Source: an uncultured Clostridia bacterium (GTDB lineage: Bacteria > Bacillota > Clostridia > Christensenellales > DTU072). From it: a DNA stretch of 64,000 nt. The DNA is taken from NCBI GenBank assembly GCA_944349655.1, contig CALVNL010000001.1, forward strand, positions 51,809-115,808. The letters are read 5' to 3'. A program made the position numbers and the translations under genes. This document shows, one piece after another, positions 18,533-28,560 of this stretch (positions are counted from its first letter, which is position 1; each line of letters begins with the position of its first letter). The notes beneath the pieces were generated by a model. The model was not told where the DNA came from, searched no databases, and was given only the letters and a program-made list of their open reading frames with translations.

Positions 18533-18539
18533 ATAGAAT
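18511..18539 (+). promoter_or_regulatory. proximal sigma-A promoter (extended -10) of the dcw cluster
   Basis: TTGAAA (18511-18516), 17 nt, TGaTAGAAT (18531-18539). Confidence 0.5.
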
Positions 18540-18568
18540 AAACTTACATAAAAATACGGAGCAAAAGA

Positions 18569-18994
18569 ATGTTTTTCTGCGGTGAGCACAGGTTGTCTTT
18601 GGACGAAAAAGGCAGAATGAGGATCCCTAACAAGTTTAGGGCCAAACTCGATGACGAATACGTCATCTTTTGCCTTAGCAACGATTGCCTGTTCATCGTT
18701 TCGCAGCAAGACTTCAAGGAAAAATACGAGAGACTCAAAGATACTCTCATTTCCGACGAAACCCAGCAGGAAGCGATACGTCAGTTGTTCGCGACCATGC
18801 AGGTTCCCGAAGAAGACAGCCAGGGACGTTTCGTGCTTCAACCGAGACTTAAGAAAAAAGCGGGCATTACCAAAAAGATGGTTTTTCTCGGTGTGATGGA
18901 CCGCATAGAAGTGTGGAGCGAAGAAGCTTACGACGCAAGATACGCTACCGAAAATATGGATATGATGCAAGTAGCGCGCACCTTGAATATCTGA
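18569..18994 (+). CDS. mraZ: division/cell wall cluster transcriptional regulator MraZ
   Basis: 141 aa. Two SpoVT/AbrB-like halves carrying LDEKGRMRIP and EDSQGRFVL. Confidence 0.9.
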   Translation: MFFCGEHRLSLDEKGRMRIPNKFRAKLDDEYVIFCLSNDCLFIVSQQDFKEKYERLKDTLISDETQQEAIRQLFATMQVPEEDSQGRFVLQPRLKKKAGITKKMVFLGVMDRIEVWSEEAYDARYATENMDMMQVARTLNI

Positions 18995-18999
18995 TAATT

Positions 19000-19929
19000 A
19001 TGAAGTACGAACATATTCCCGTGCTATTCGACGAGGTCATTGAAGGACTGAATATAAAACCCGACGGAATTTATCTCGACGGAACGCTCGGGGGAGGAGG
19101 TCATTCCAAAGGGATACTTCAACGTCTTAAAAACGGCAGACTTATAGCTTGCGATAAAGACTCCGACGCATTGAAGAATGCCGAGACGGTTCTGAAAGAG
19201 TATTCCGAAAAAATTACTTACGTTCACGACGATTTCAAAAACGTATTCGGTTATCTCGACGAATACGGGATTGAAAAACTGGACGGAGTGTTATTGGATT
19301 TAGGTGTCAGTTCCTATCAGATAGATACGGCGGAAAGAGGGTTTTCTTATATTAAAGACGCTCCTTTGGATATGAGGATGGACGCCGAACAGAAATTATC
19401 CGCTTACGACGTGGTAAACGGATATTCGGAAAAAGAACTTCTGAGGGTGCTGTACGAATACGGAGAGGAACGAAACGCTCCGCAGATAGTAAGAAACATT
19501 CTCCGCAAAAGGGCGGTAAGCTCCATAGCGACTACGCTGGAGTTGGCGGAAATAGTTAAAGAATCCTATCCGCCGAAATTCCGTTATCAGAACGGAAATC
19601 CGGCAAAAAAGACCTTTCAGGCTATAAGGATAGAAGTCAACGGAGAGCTGAACGGACTTAAGGAAGCGGTCAACGATTTAAGTTTAAGGCTGAAAGAAGG
19701 AGGACGGATCTGCGTAATAACTTTCCACTCGCTCGAAGACAGGATAGTGAAAAACGTTTTCGTCGAACTTGAAAAAGATTGTATCTGTGACAAAAAATTA
19801 CCCGTTTGCGTATGTAACAAACGAAGGGATGTAAAAATAATAACAAAAAAGCCCATATCAGGGGAAAAAGAAGCCGACGTCAATAAACGTGCGGAAAGCG
19901 CAAAACTCAGGATTGCGGAAAGAGTATAA
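19000..19929 (+). CDS. rsmH: 16S rRNA (cytosine1402-N4)-methyltransferase RsmH
   Basis: MKYEHIPVLFDEV start, DGTLGGGGHS SAM motif, FHSLEDR. I prefer ATG 19000 over the track start at 18913, which overlaps mraZ. Confidence 0.95.
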   Translation: MKYEHIPVLFDEVIEGLNIKPDGIYLDGTLGGGGHSKGILQRLKNGRLIACDKDSDALKNAETVLKEYSEKITYVHDDFKNVFGYLDEYGIEKLDGVLLDLGVSSYQIDTAERGFSYIKDAPLDMRMDAEQKLSAYDVVNGYSEKELLRVLYEYGEERNAPQIVRNILRKRAVSSIATTLELAEIVKESYPPKFRYQNGNPAKKTFQAIRIEVNGELNGLKEAVNDLSLRLKEGGRICVITFHSLEDRIVKNVFVELEKDCICDKKLPVCVCNKRRDVKIITKKPISGEKEADVNKRAESAKLRIAERV

Positions 19930-19942
19930 AGGGAGGACCGAA

Positions 19943-20476
19943 ATGGATAACAGCAGATTGACTAATTTCGATAAATATTTATTAGCGGCACGTAAGAAAA
20001 TTTCGGAGGAACCCGAAGTTATCGATACTAATGTAAAAAGTAGCTCCGGCAACGAATATGAACAGTATTTGCGGAGTATTATCAACGGTGAAGTTTCCTG
20101 CGGAAGTCACGTTATGAAGCAGGAAGAGTTTTACGGCAACGTAGAAAAAAATACCGCAAAAAAGGAGAGAACGTTACTTTCTTACGAAAGTTACGAACCT
20201 GTGGCAAAGCCGAAAAAAACCTCCGCTTTGCAGTTTAAGAAGAACGGTAAAATTTTATTGATAATATATGTCATTTTAATGCTGGCGTTAGCATCTATTT
20301 TAATAGTGACGAACACGACGGGTCTTCCTTCCGACAATCACTTTACCGCCTCCGCTGAAAGCGACAAATTGGCGTCCTCGGCGGAAACGGGCTCGATAAG
20401 GTCTATGACCATCAGCGAAGAAAGTTCTTCGGAAAACGGTTGGTTCGACAGGTTGTGCGACTCGCTTAATAAATAG
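19943..20476 (+). CDS. bitopic membrane protein in the FtsL position (atypical)
   Basis: 177 aa from ATG 19943, with a GGGAGG SD at 19931-19936. Single TM ILLIIYVILMLALASILIV near residue 115. Long N-terminal cytoplasmic part and a short Ser-rich ectodomain. Confidence 0.5.
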   Translation: MDNSRLTNFDKYLLAARKKISEEPEVIDTNVKSSSGNEYEQYLRSIINGEVSCGSHVMKQEEFYGNVEKNTAKKERTLLSYESYEPVAKPKKTSALQFKKNGKILLIIYVILMLALASILIVTNTTGLPSDNHFTASAESDKLASSAETGSIRSMTISEESSSENGWFDRLCDSLNK

Positions 20477-20538
20477 GTGAGGTCAGATTAAAAATTAAAG
20501 TATCTAATTACAGACTCAGGAAAAGGTTACTTACAGTT

Positions 20539-22392
20539 ATGGTGTTGGTAGCCTTTTTGTTTGTCGCAATTATTGCCAGACTGATTTACATTCAGATTGC
20601 GGAGGGTAGCTCTCTGCGTGTCAAAGCGCTCGATCAATGGACCAGAGACGTGCCGGTAACCGGCGAACGAGGGGACATATTCGATCGCAACGGGGTTTTG
20701 CTTGCCGATACCGAAACTTTATATACGGTTTATGCCAGACCCGTTTCCGTGACGGACAAGGAATATACCGCAAGGGTACTCGGAACGGTACTCGGAGTGG
20801 ACAGCGAAGCGCTTTATGCCAAACTTACTTCGAAAGTAAGTGAAATAACCGTCAGTAAAAAAGTTACGAAAGCCGAAATGAACGCCCTTATCGATTCGGG
20901 GATAGAGGGTGTTTATTATGCTCAGAACCTTGACAGAAAGTATATATACGGCGATTTCCTTACTCAGATTTTGGGATTTACCAATATTGACGGAGTGGGG
21001 CAATCGGGAGTGGAAGCTTACTACGATAAGTATCTTAAAGGTACGGACGGTTATATTCTGACGGAAACCGATCTCGTAGGGCGGGAACTCGACGGTAACG
21101 TAACCCGATATATCGCAGGCAGTAAAGGAAACAACGTTTATCTTACCGTAGATTACGCCATACAAAGTTTTGTGGAAAGTGCGGTAAACAACGCATACCT
21201 TAAACATAACGCAACCGCCGCAAGCTGTGTGGTGATGAACGCAAAAACCGGGGAAATCTTAGCTATGGCGCAGAGACCGTCGTACGATCTCAACAATTTG
21301 CCGAGGGACGATATAGAGCTTTTGTTTTCCGCGGGAAAATCCACTCTGGTTTCCAACGTTTATGAACCGGGATCAACTTTCAAAGTGCTTACCGCAGCTA
21401 TGGGATTGGATAAAGGCTTGGTGAATACCGGTTACAACCTTTATTGTCCCGGCTACAGGATAGTGGACGGGCAAAGAATAAAATGTTGGAGAACGATAGG
21501 GCACGGAAGCGAAACTTTTACCGAAGGCGTGCAGAATTCCTGTAACTGTCTGTTTATGGACATTGCGTTAAAACTCGGTACGGAGAATTTTTACGACGGA
21601 CTCGAAGTGTTCGGAATAACGGAAAAGACGGGTATCGATATGAGCGGAGAAGCAAGCGGACTGACCATTACCGAAAGTGCGGTAAAGACGGTTGACCTTG
21701 CGAGAATGGGATTCGGTCAGGCTATCGCCGTCACCCCCATAGAACTGCTTACCGCCGCCGCTTCGGTAGTAAACGGCGGGAAACTGATGACGCCTTATAT
21801 TCTCGATAAAATCGTAGATAACGACGGGAAGGTATTGGTGCAGAATTATCCGATAGTAAAACGCAATACGATTTCCTCCGAGACAAGCGCATTGATGAGA
21901 GAAATACTCGAAACTGTAGTCAGCGAAGGCGGAGGAAAGAACGCACAGGTACCCGGTTTCAGAATAGGCGGAAAAACGGGTACGGCGCAGAAATATGCAA
22001 ACGGAGTCATAGCGCAGGGAATGTATGTTTCCACTTTCTTGGGATTTATGCCTGCCGACGACCCCGAATATATACTTCTGTTTATCGTGGACGAACCTAA
22101 AGGCGGAGCTTATTACGGAAGCGTAGTGGCCGCTCCTTATGCGGGAGAAATATTTTCGAAAATAGTATCGTATAAAGGTATGCAACCTTCCTCTTACGTG
22201 GAAAAAGAAAAGTTCCGTATGCCGCTTCTTGAAGGACTTACACTTACGGAAGCAGTAAAAATACTTAAACAACACAACCTTTATTACGAACTTGCGGGTG
22301 AATGGACAGAGGGAGCGAAAGTTGCAAAACAGTTGCCCTTAGCGAATAGTTACGTTACCGAAGACAGCATAATTCTGATAGATGTAGGGTAG
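20539..22392 (+). CDS. class B penicillin-binding protein (FtsI/SpoVD/PBP2B type) with C-terminal PASTA domain
   Basis: SxxK in EPGSTFKVLT, SxN in QNSCN, KTG in GGKTGTAQ, and a terminal PASTA-like LEGLTLTEAVKILK. The true start is probably upstream of the first ATG (see finding). Confidence 0.9.
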   Translation: MVLVAFLFVAIIARLIYIQIAEGSSLRVKALDQWTRDVPVTGERGDIFDRNGVLLADTETLYTVYARPVSVTDKEYTARVLGTVLGVDSEALYAKLTSKVSEITVSKKVTKAEMNALIDSGIEGVYYAQNLDRKYIYGDFLTQILGFTNIDGVGQSGVEAYYDKYLKGTDGYILTETDLVGRELDGNVTRYIAGSKGNNVYLTVDYAIQSFVESAVNNAYLKHNATAASCVVMNAKTGEILAMAQRPSYDLNNLPRDDIELLFSAGKSTLVSNVYEPGSTFKVLTAAMGLDKGLVNTGYNLYCPGYRIVDGQRIKCWRTIGHGSETFTEGVQNSCNCLFMDIALKLGTENFYDGLEVFGITEKTGIDMSGEASGLTITESAVKTVDLARMGFGQAIAVTPIELLTAAASVVNGGKLMTPYILDKIVDNDGKVLVQNYPIVKRNTISSETSALMREILETVVSEGGGKNAQVPGFRIGGKTGTAQKYANGVIAQGMYVSTFLGFMPADDPEYILLFIVDEPKGGAYYGSVVAAPYAGEIFSKIVSYKGMQPSSYVEKEKFRMPLLEGLTLTEAVKILKQHNLYYELAGEWTEGAKVAKQLPLANSYVTEDSIILIDVG

Positions 22393-22402
22393 GAGAGGAT
22401 AT

Positions 22403-23842
22403 ATGAAGATCAAAGAAATCCTTACCGAAGACAAAGATGTGTTTACGGACGCGGAAGCGAGCGTTGCGGACAAAGAAGCCGGCAGACCGGTATTCAAAGT
22501 AGAGAAAGTAAAAAAAGGCGACGTGTATTTTCTGTTGAAAGGCGACTCGGTTAAAGAAGCGAAAGAGGCGTTGGGAAAAGGCGCGGTGTGCGTTTTTACC
22601 GAGAACAAAAATGAAAACGGTTTTTTTATCGAGGTTTCGGATATAAGAAAAGCGTTAGCTTTATATTCTGCCTCTTTCTACGGGCATCCCGAACGGAAAC
22701 TTAAAATCATCGGAGTTACCGGTACAAACGGGAAAACCACTACCGCAAATATTATTGCGCACCTTTTGAAAAAAAGCGGATATAAAACCGCCCTTATCGG
22801 CACGTTGGGCGCAGAAGTCGGCGAAAAAAAATTATCCACCTCTCTCACTACGCCGGACCCTGACGAGTTTTTCGCGCTTCTTGCCAAAGCTGCGGAAAGC
22901 GAAATCGATTACGTCGTTACCGAAGTCAGCGCTCACGCGATTTTTTTCCGAAAACTGTACGGACTGGAACTGGAATATTGCGTATTTACCAACCTTAGCA
23001 GAGACCATCTCGATTTTTTCGAAAGTATGGAACGATACGGAAGGGTAAAAAAGAGTATATTTTGTTACGGACAAGTCAAAAATGCTGTAGTGAACACCGA
23101 CGACGAGTTAGGCAGGGAGATTTTCCGAGACAGAAAGGGCAGGACTCTTACTTACGGTTTATACAATCCCGCCGAAGTTTTTGCTTTGGATTGCAAATAC
23201 CGTAAAGGGACGGAGTTTTTGGTAAACGCATTCGACGAAATCGAATACATAACCACGAAACTTAGCGGAGAATTCAATCTATACAATACGCTCGCCGCTA
23301 TGACGGTTGTAAGCGATATAGGGATACCTTTGGCTTATATAAAAGAAAGTCTCCTTTCGCTGACGCCGCCCGAGGGACGATTCAACGTGTTGCAGGGGAG
23401 CGGATTTAAGGTAATCATAGACTATGCCCATACTCCCGACGGATTGGAAAAAGTGTTGACCGCAGCGAGGGGAATTACCGAAAATTCTCTGATATGCGTT
23501 TTCGGATGCGGCGGAAACCGCGACCGTGAAAAACGTCCCTTGATGGGCGAAACCGTTCAGAGGTTGTCGGATCTTTGTATAATTACCAGCGATAATCCCC
23601 GCGACGAAAATCCCGAGGATATTATTGCCGATATACTTGCGGGTGCGGACAGGGCCGGCAAAAGTCATATTGCCATTCCCGACAGGAAAAAGGCTCTTCT
23701 GTTTGCTTTGCGCATAGCTCATGAAGGAGATACGGTGGTTATAGCGGGGAAAGGCGCGGAAAAACACATGGAGATAAAAGGCGAAAAAATACCGTTTAAC
23801 GATAAGGAAATTTGTGAGGAATATCTTGGGAGAAGGAATTGA
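22403..23842 (+). CDS. murE: UDP-N-acetylmuramoyl-L-alanyl-D-glutamate--2,6-diaminopimelate ligase
   Basis: Mur ligase P-loop GVTGTNGKTTT. The DNPR motif (TSDNPRDE) is typical of meso-DAP-adding MurE. Confidence 0.9.
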   Translation: MKIKEILTEDKDVFTDAEASVADKEAGRPVFKVEKVKKGDVYFLLKGDSVKEAKEALGKGAVCVFTENKNENGFFIEVSDIRKALALYSASFYGHPERKLKIIGVTGTNGKTTTANIIAHLLKKSGYKTALIGTLGAEVGEKKLSTSLTTPDPDEFFALLAKAAESEIDYVVTEVSAHAIFFRKLYGLELEYCVFTNLSRDHLDFFESMERYGRVKKSIFCYGQVKNAVVNTDDELGREIFRDRKGRTLTYGLYNPAEVFALDCKYRKGTEFLVNAFDEIEYITTKLSGEFNLYNTLAAMTVVSDIGIPLAYIKESLLSLTPPEGRFNVLQGSGFKVIIDYAHTPDGLEKVLTAARGITENSLICVFGCGGNRDREKRPLMGETVQRLSDLCIITSDNPRDENPEDIIADILAGADRAGKSHIAIPDRKKALLFALRIAHEGDTVVIAGKGAEKHMEIKGEKIPFNDKEICEEYLGRRN

Positions 23843-24831
23843 ACGGAATACTTCCGGCTTTGATCGTTTCCTTTTTTGTGGGAATGATCGTCGCGCCGCC
23901 TGTCATTAGCTTAATTCGCAAACTGAAAGCAGGGCAAACCATTCTCAGTTACGTTTCGCAACACAAGGACAAGGAGGGTATCCCCACTATGGGCGGGATA
24001 ATTTTCCTTGTCTCCGCGTTGATATCCTGCCTTATATTTTGGAAAGGGAACGGACGACTTGCAACCGTAGCGCTGCTTGTGGTGTTCAGTTACGGAATAG
24101 TAGGAGGCCTCGATGATTTTATAAAGGTTTTTTTCAAGCGTAATCTCGGGCTGAAAGCATATCAGAAAATCATTTCTCAAACGGTTATTGCTGTACTGGC
24201 TACAATTTTTGCCTATCGCAATCAATATGTCGGTTCGGAAATTCTGATACCGATTATCAATTACACGATAGAATTGCATTGGGCTTATATCCCGTTAAGT
24301 TTTCTCGTTTATATAGCTACCACCAACTGCGTCAACCTGACCGACGGACTTGACGGACTGGCAGGCAGTACGGTTATTGTTTATCTGGTTTTTTTCGGAA
24401 TTTTACTTTACGAAGGGTATCTTACCCAAGTCGATTCGGGGAATACTCTTTACGCGTCGGAATTGTATAATCTGACCATACTCGTTGCGTCTTTTATAGG
24501 CGGTCTTGCGGCTTTTTTATGGTTTAATTCCTATAAGGCAAGAGTCTTTATGGGAGATACGGGGTCGCTTGCGCTCGGGGCTTTGTGTGCGGTGATTCCG
24601 TTGTTTACAAAAAATCCGCTTCTTATACTTCTGGTGGGAATAATGTTCGTTGTAAGCGGCATATCAGTAATATTACAGGTGTTGGTTTTTAAGCTGCGTA
24701 AGAAAAGAATTTTTCTTATGGCACCGCTGCACCACCACCTCGAAATGAAAGGTTATAACGAAAGCAAGATAGTTACTTTCTACTCCGTTATAACGGCTAT
24801 TGCCGGAACGGTGGCTTTACTGATTGTCTGA
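23839..24831 (+). CDS. mraY: phospho-N-acetylmuramoyl-pentapeptide transferase
   Basis: 330 aa polytopic membrane protein. MGDTGSLALGA and APLHHHLE. Confidence 0.95.
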   Translation: MNGILPALIVSFFVGMIVAPPVISLIRKLKAGQTILSYVSQHKDKEGIPTMGGIIFLVSALISCLIFWKGNGRLATVALLVVFSYGIVGGLDDFIKVFFKRNLGLKAYQKIISQTVIAVLATIFAYRNQYVGSEILIPIINYTIELHWAYIPLSFLVYIATTNCVNLTDGLDGLAGSTVIVYLVFFGILLYEGYLTQVDSGNTLYASELYNLTILVASFIGGLAAFLWFNSYKARVFMGDTGSLALGALCAVIPLFTKNPLLILLVGIMFVVSGISVILQVLVFKLRKKRIFLMAPLHHHLEMKGYNESKIVTFYSVITAIAGTVALLIV

Positions 24832-24842
24832 GGAGGTGCAAA

Positions 24843-26147
24843 GTGAATTTACAGGGAAAAAAGGTATTGGTAGCCGGAATGCAATCCAGCGGGATAAGCG
24901 CGGCATATCTTCTGAAAAGAGAGGGGGCGGAAGTTTTATGCTACGACGACGATCTGAAACTCAATATAAGCGAATTTATCTGCGTACATAGTTTACCCGA
25001 AGGGTATATCCCCGAACTTGTCGTCGTAAGTCCATCCATTCCGTTAAATCACAAACTTCTGGCATTCTGTGAAGAAAATTCAGTACCCGTCTGGAGCGAA
25101 CTGGAACTCGGAGCGAGATTTCTCGCTTGTAAAAAAATAATGGTAACCGGCACCAACGGAAAAACCACCTGTGTGACGATGATAGAAAAATTACTTAATT
25201 TTGCAGGATTAAGGGCAAAAGCTATGGGAAACATCGGTTATCCCGTTTCTCAGGTGGTTCTCGACGGAACCGAACTCGACTGGGCGGTTATAGAGGTAAG
25301 CAGTTTTCAGCTCGAACACGTATCGGAGACAAAAGCCGACGTGGCGGTAATACTCAATCTCGCACCCGATCATCTCGACAGGTACGTCAGTTACACCGAA
25401 TATCAGGAAATGAAAAAAAGAATCTGCGCCAATCAGACTCCTGCGGATTATCTTATTTTCAACAACGAAGACGGAGCCGCAAGAAGTTTCGTAAAGAACA
25501 CTCCCGCAAAACGTATTCCCGTAAGCACCAGGTCGAGAATGAGCGAAGTTTACGTAAAAGATAACTTTTATATGTTCGACGACGTAGGAATTTGCCATGT
25601 AAAGGAAAGTAAACTCAGAGGAGAACACAACAAATTCAATTTTCTCGTCGCTCTCAACGTAGGGGCGATAGCGGGTGTGAAAAAAGAGGCGATGGGAAAA
25701 CTGATAAAGGAATATTCGCTTTTGCCTAACAGGATAGAATACGTCACCACCATAAACGGGAAAAATTATTATAACGATTCCAAAGGCACCAATATACACG
25801 CCTGCCGTTTTGCGATAGAAAGTCTGGAAGGGACGGTAGGCCTTATTATGGGAGGGAGCGACAAGAAGGAAGATTTCTGCGATTTTTTCGAAAATCTCGA
25901 CGAAAAAGTTAAGTCGGTAGCGATAACGGGAGCCAATGCCGAAAAAATTTACAATTCGGCTTTGAAGATGGGTTATCCCGACGCAAAGATATTGCCTACT
26001 TTAGCCGATTGCGTTCAGGTTCTTTCGGAAAAAGAGGGGATAGACAACGTTTTGCTTAGTCCGTGTTGCGCAAGTTTCGACAGATATAAAAGCTACGCCG
26101 AAAGAGGCGAAAAATTCAAACAGTTGGTTTATGCGATCAAAGCTTAA
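24843..26147 (+). CDS. murD: UDP-N-acetylmuramoylalanine--D-glutamate ligase
   Basis: GTG start with a GAGGAGG SD. VTGTNGKTT P-loop. 434 aa. Confidence 0.9.
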   Translation: MNLQGKKVLVAGMQSSGISAAYLLKREGAEVLCYDDDLKLNISEFICVHSLPEGYIPELVVVSPSIPLNHKLLAFCEENSVPVWSELELGARFLACKKIMVTGTNGKTTCVTMIEKLLNFAGLRAKAMGNIGYPVSQVVLDGTELDWAVIEVSSFQLEHVSETKADVAVILNLAPDHLDRYVSYTEYQEMKKRICANQTPADYLIFNNEDGAARSFVKNTPAKRIPVSTRSRMSEVYVKDNFYMFDDVGICHVKESKLRGEHNKFNFLVALNVGAIAGVKKEAMGKLIKEYSLLPNRIEYVTTINGKNYYNDSKGTNIHACRFAIESLEGTVGLIMGGSDKKEDFCDFFENLDEKVKSVAITGANAEKIYNSALKMGYPDAKILPTLADCVQVLSEKEGIDNVLLSPCCASFDRYKSYAERGEKFKQLVYAIKA

Positions 26148-27237
26148 ATTTCACGAACGGTATCTTCTTCCGATAACTACTGTAACACTTGCCGCAATAG
26201 GTATGGTAATGATTTATTCGGCAAGCAGTTATTCTGCCGAAATAAATCTGAACGATCCGTTCTTTTATGTAAAGAAACAAGCCGTCGCTTTTGCGGCGGG
26301 ACTGATACTTATGGTGGTTGCGGGAAGAATAAAACAGGAATGGCTTCATAAGGCGCGGATACCGATACTGATAGCGAGTATGGTTTTGCTCGGATTGGTT
26401 TTCGTTCCGGGACTCGGGGTGGAAAGTTACGGCGCAACCAGGTGGTTGAATCTCGGTTTTACCACCATTCAACCGTCAGAACTGTCGAAATTCGGTCTGA
26501 TGATTTTTCTTGCCTCCTATATGTCGGAATATCCTCCCGTAAAGCTTGGGAATATGATTATTCCGGTTTTATGCTCATTGATTATCGCAGGGCTGATTAT
26601 GGCGGAACCGAATATGAGTATAACCGTCTGCGTGGCGGGCGCGGTACTTATATTGACTTTCGTTGCAGGGCTGCCGAAAAAATATTTTATACCAGTTGCG
26701 GCGGTGCTTGCGATAGCCGTTCCGGTACTGATAATTATGGAACCGTACAGGGTAAAAAGACTGCTTGCTTTCCTCGATCCGTGGCAAAACCCGAAAGGCG
26801 AAGGATATCAGCTTATTCAATCCTACTACGCGCTCGGAAACGGAGGTTTGTTCGGAGTAGGACTGTTTGCCAGTCGTCAGAAATATCTTTTTTTGCCTTT
26901 TGCGGAATCTGATTTTATTTTTTCGGTTATCGCGGAAGAAACTGGAGTGGTCGGTTGCGTATTCGTTATAGCCATTTTTGCCCTGTACATATTCGTGGGG
27001 ATAAGAACGGCTATGAACGCTAAAAACCGATTTTACAGTTTGCTCTGCGCCGGTATAATTTCGGTTACCGCATTGCAAGTGATTATAAACATGGCTGTGG
27101 TAACGGGTTCCATTCCGCCTACGGGCGTTCCTTTGCCGCTGATTAGCGCCGGGGGAACGGGTCTTATGACTTATATGTTCGTTTCGGGATTGGTTTATAA
27201 CGTAGCGCGCGTAACCAACGGGGAAATTAAACCATAA
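26131..27237 (+). CDS. ftsW: SEDS-family peptidoglycan glycosyltransferase FtsW/SpoVE
   Basis: 368 aa polytopic. PSELSKF, AESDFIFSVIAEE, PLPLISAGGT. Confidence 0.9.
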   Translation: MRSKLKFHERYLLPITTVTLAAIGMVMIYSASSYSAEINLNDPFFYVKKQAVAFAAGLILMVVAGRIKQEWLHKARIPILIASMVLLGLVFVPGLGVESYGATRWLNLGFTTIQPSELSKFGLMIFLASYMSEYPPVKLGNMIIPVLCSLIIAGLIMAEPNMSITVCVAGAVLILTFVAGLPKKYFIPVAAVLAIAVPVLIIMEPYRVKRLLAFLDPWQNPKGEGYQLIQSYYALGNGGLFGVGLFASRQKYLFLPFAESDFIFSVIAEETGVVGCVFVIAIFALYIFVGIRTAMNAKNRFYSLLCAGIISVTALQVIINMAVVTGSIPPTGVPLPLISAGGTGLMTYMFVSGLVYNVARVTNGEIKP

Positions 27238-27309
27238 TATGTATCGATAAGGTTTTTTTAGGGAGCTAAACCCCCGAAGAACTTCGTCAAAAGCAAGCAA
27301 GGGGGGCAG

Positions 27310-28560
27310 ATGAGCGAATTTCTGATAAACGGCGGGAAAAGTCTTTATGGTGAGGTGGAAATACACGGTGCGAAAAATACCGTGTTACCGTTATTTGCGG
27401 CAGCGATAATAAGCGCCGAAAAAGTGGAAATAACAAATGTTCCGCTTCTTACCGACGTGAAAAATATGATAAAAATAATCCAAAAACTCGGAGCCAAAGC
27501 GGAAATGGTCGGGGATAAGGTCACCATAGACGCGTCAAGGCTCTATTCCTGCGAAATACCGAACGAACTGGCGAAAGAACTAAGAAGTTCGGTTTTTTTG
27601 CTCGGGTCGGTATTATCGAGGAAAAAGTGTGCCAAAGTCGCTTATCCCGGAGGATGCGACATAGGTTTACGTCCGATAGACATACATATAAAAGGGCTGA
27701 GAGACCTTAACGTAAAAATCGAGGAATCCTGCGGTTATATTTATTGCGACGCTACGGATATGCAGAGCGGAGACGTGATTTTGGATTATCCGAGCGTAGG
27801 AGCCACGGAAAATCTTATGCTTGCCGCGGTTCTTACGGAGGGGACCACCGTTCTGCATAACGCAGCCTGCGAACCCGAGATAGTCGATTTACAGAATTTC
27901 CTTAACAAGATGGGTGCCAAAATTTCCGGAGCGGGAACTTCCACGGTAAGAATAACTGGCGTGGAAAGTCTTAAAGGCACCACCTACAGGGCTATGCCTG
28001 ACAGAATAGTTGCCGGAACTTATGCAATAGCCGCGGCTATAACAGGAGGGGAAATAATACTGAAGGGCGCAAAGCACGGCGATATGAGGGCGCTTTTGTC
28101 GAAATTGGCAAAAACTTCTTGCATTATAACCCAAAACAGTGATAATATACATATAAAGGCGAACGGAAGACCGACGGCGGTACAGAGGATAACTACGCAA
28201 CCGCATCCCGGATTTCCCACCGACTTACAGGCTCCTATGATGGCTTTACAGACAGTAAGCGACGGAATTTGCGTATTTACCGAAAACATTTTCGAAAACC
28301 GTTTTCGCCACGTAACCGAATTAACCAAGATGGGAGCAGATATAATAATCAACGGTCGTACCGCAGTAATCAAAGGAGTAGAAAGATTACACGGAGCCGA
28401 GGTTTACGCACAGGATCTCAGGGGAGGAGCGGCTTTGGTACTGGCGGGCTTGAACGCTTACGGGACTACGGTAGTCAAAGACGTTTATCACATTGACCGC
28501 GGATACGAAAATATGGAAATTATTTTAAGAAGCGTCGGAGCCGATATAATCAGAAGATGA
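27310..28560 (+). CDS. murA: UDP-N-acetylglucosamine 1-carboxyvinyltransferase
   Basis: 416 aa. Active-site Cys loop YPGGCDIGLRPID. Confidence 0.95.
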   Translation: MSEFLINGGKSLYGEVEIHGAKNTVLPLFAAAIISAEKVEITNVPLLTDVKNMIKIIQKLGAKAEMVGDKVTIDASRLYSCEIPNELAKELRSSVFLLGSVLSRKKCAKVAYPGGCDIGLRPIDIHIKGLRDLNVKIEESCGYIYCDATDMQSGDVILDYPSVGATENLMLAAVLTEGTTVLHNAACEPEIVDLQNFLNKMGAKISGAGTSTVRITGVESLKGTTYRAMPDRIVAGTYAIAAAITGGEIILKGAKHGDMRALLSKLAKTSCIITQNSDNIHIKANGRPTAVQRITTQPHPGFPTDLQAPMMALQTVSDGICVFTENIFENRFRHVTELTKMGADIIINGRTAVIKGVERLHGAEVYAQDLRGGAALVLAGLNAYGTTVVKDVYHIDRGYENMEIILRSVGADIIRR

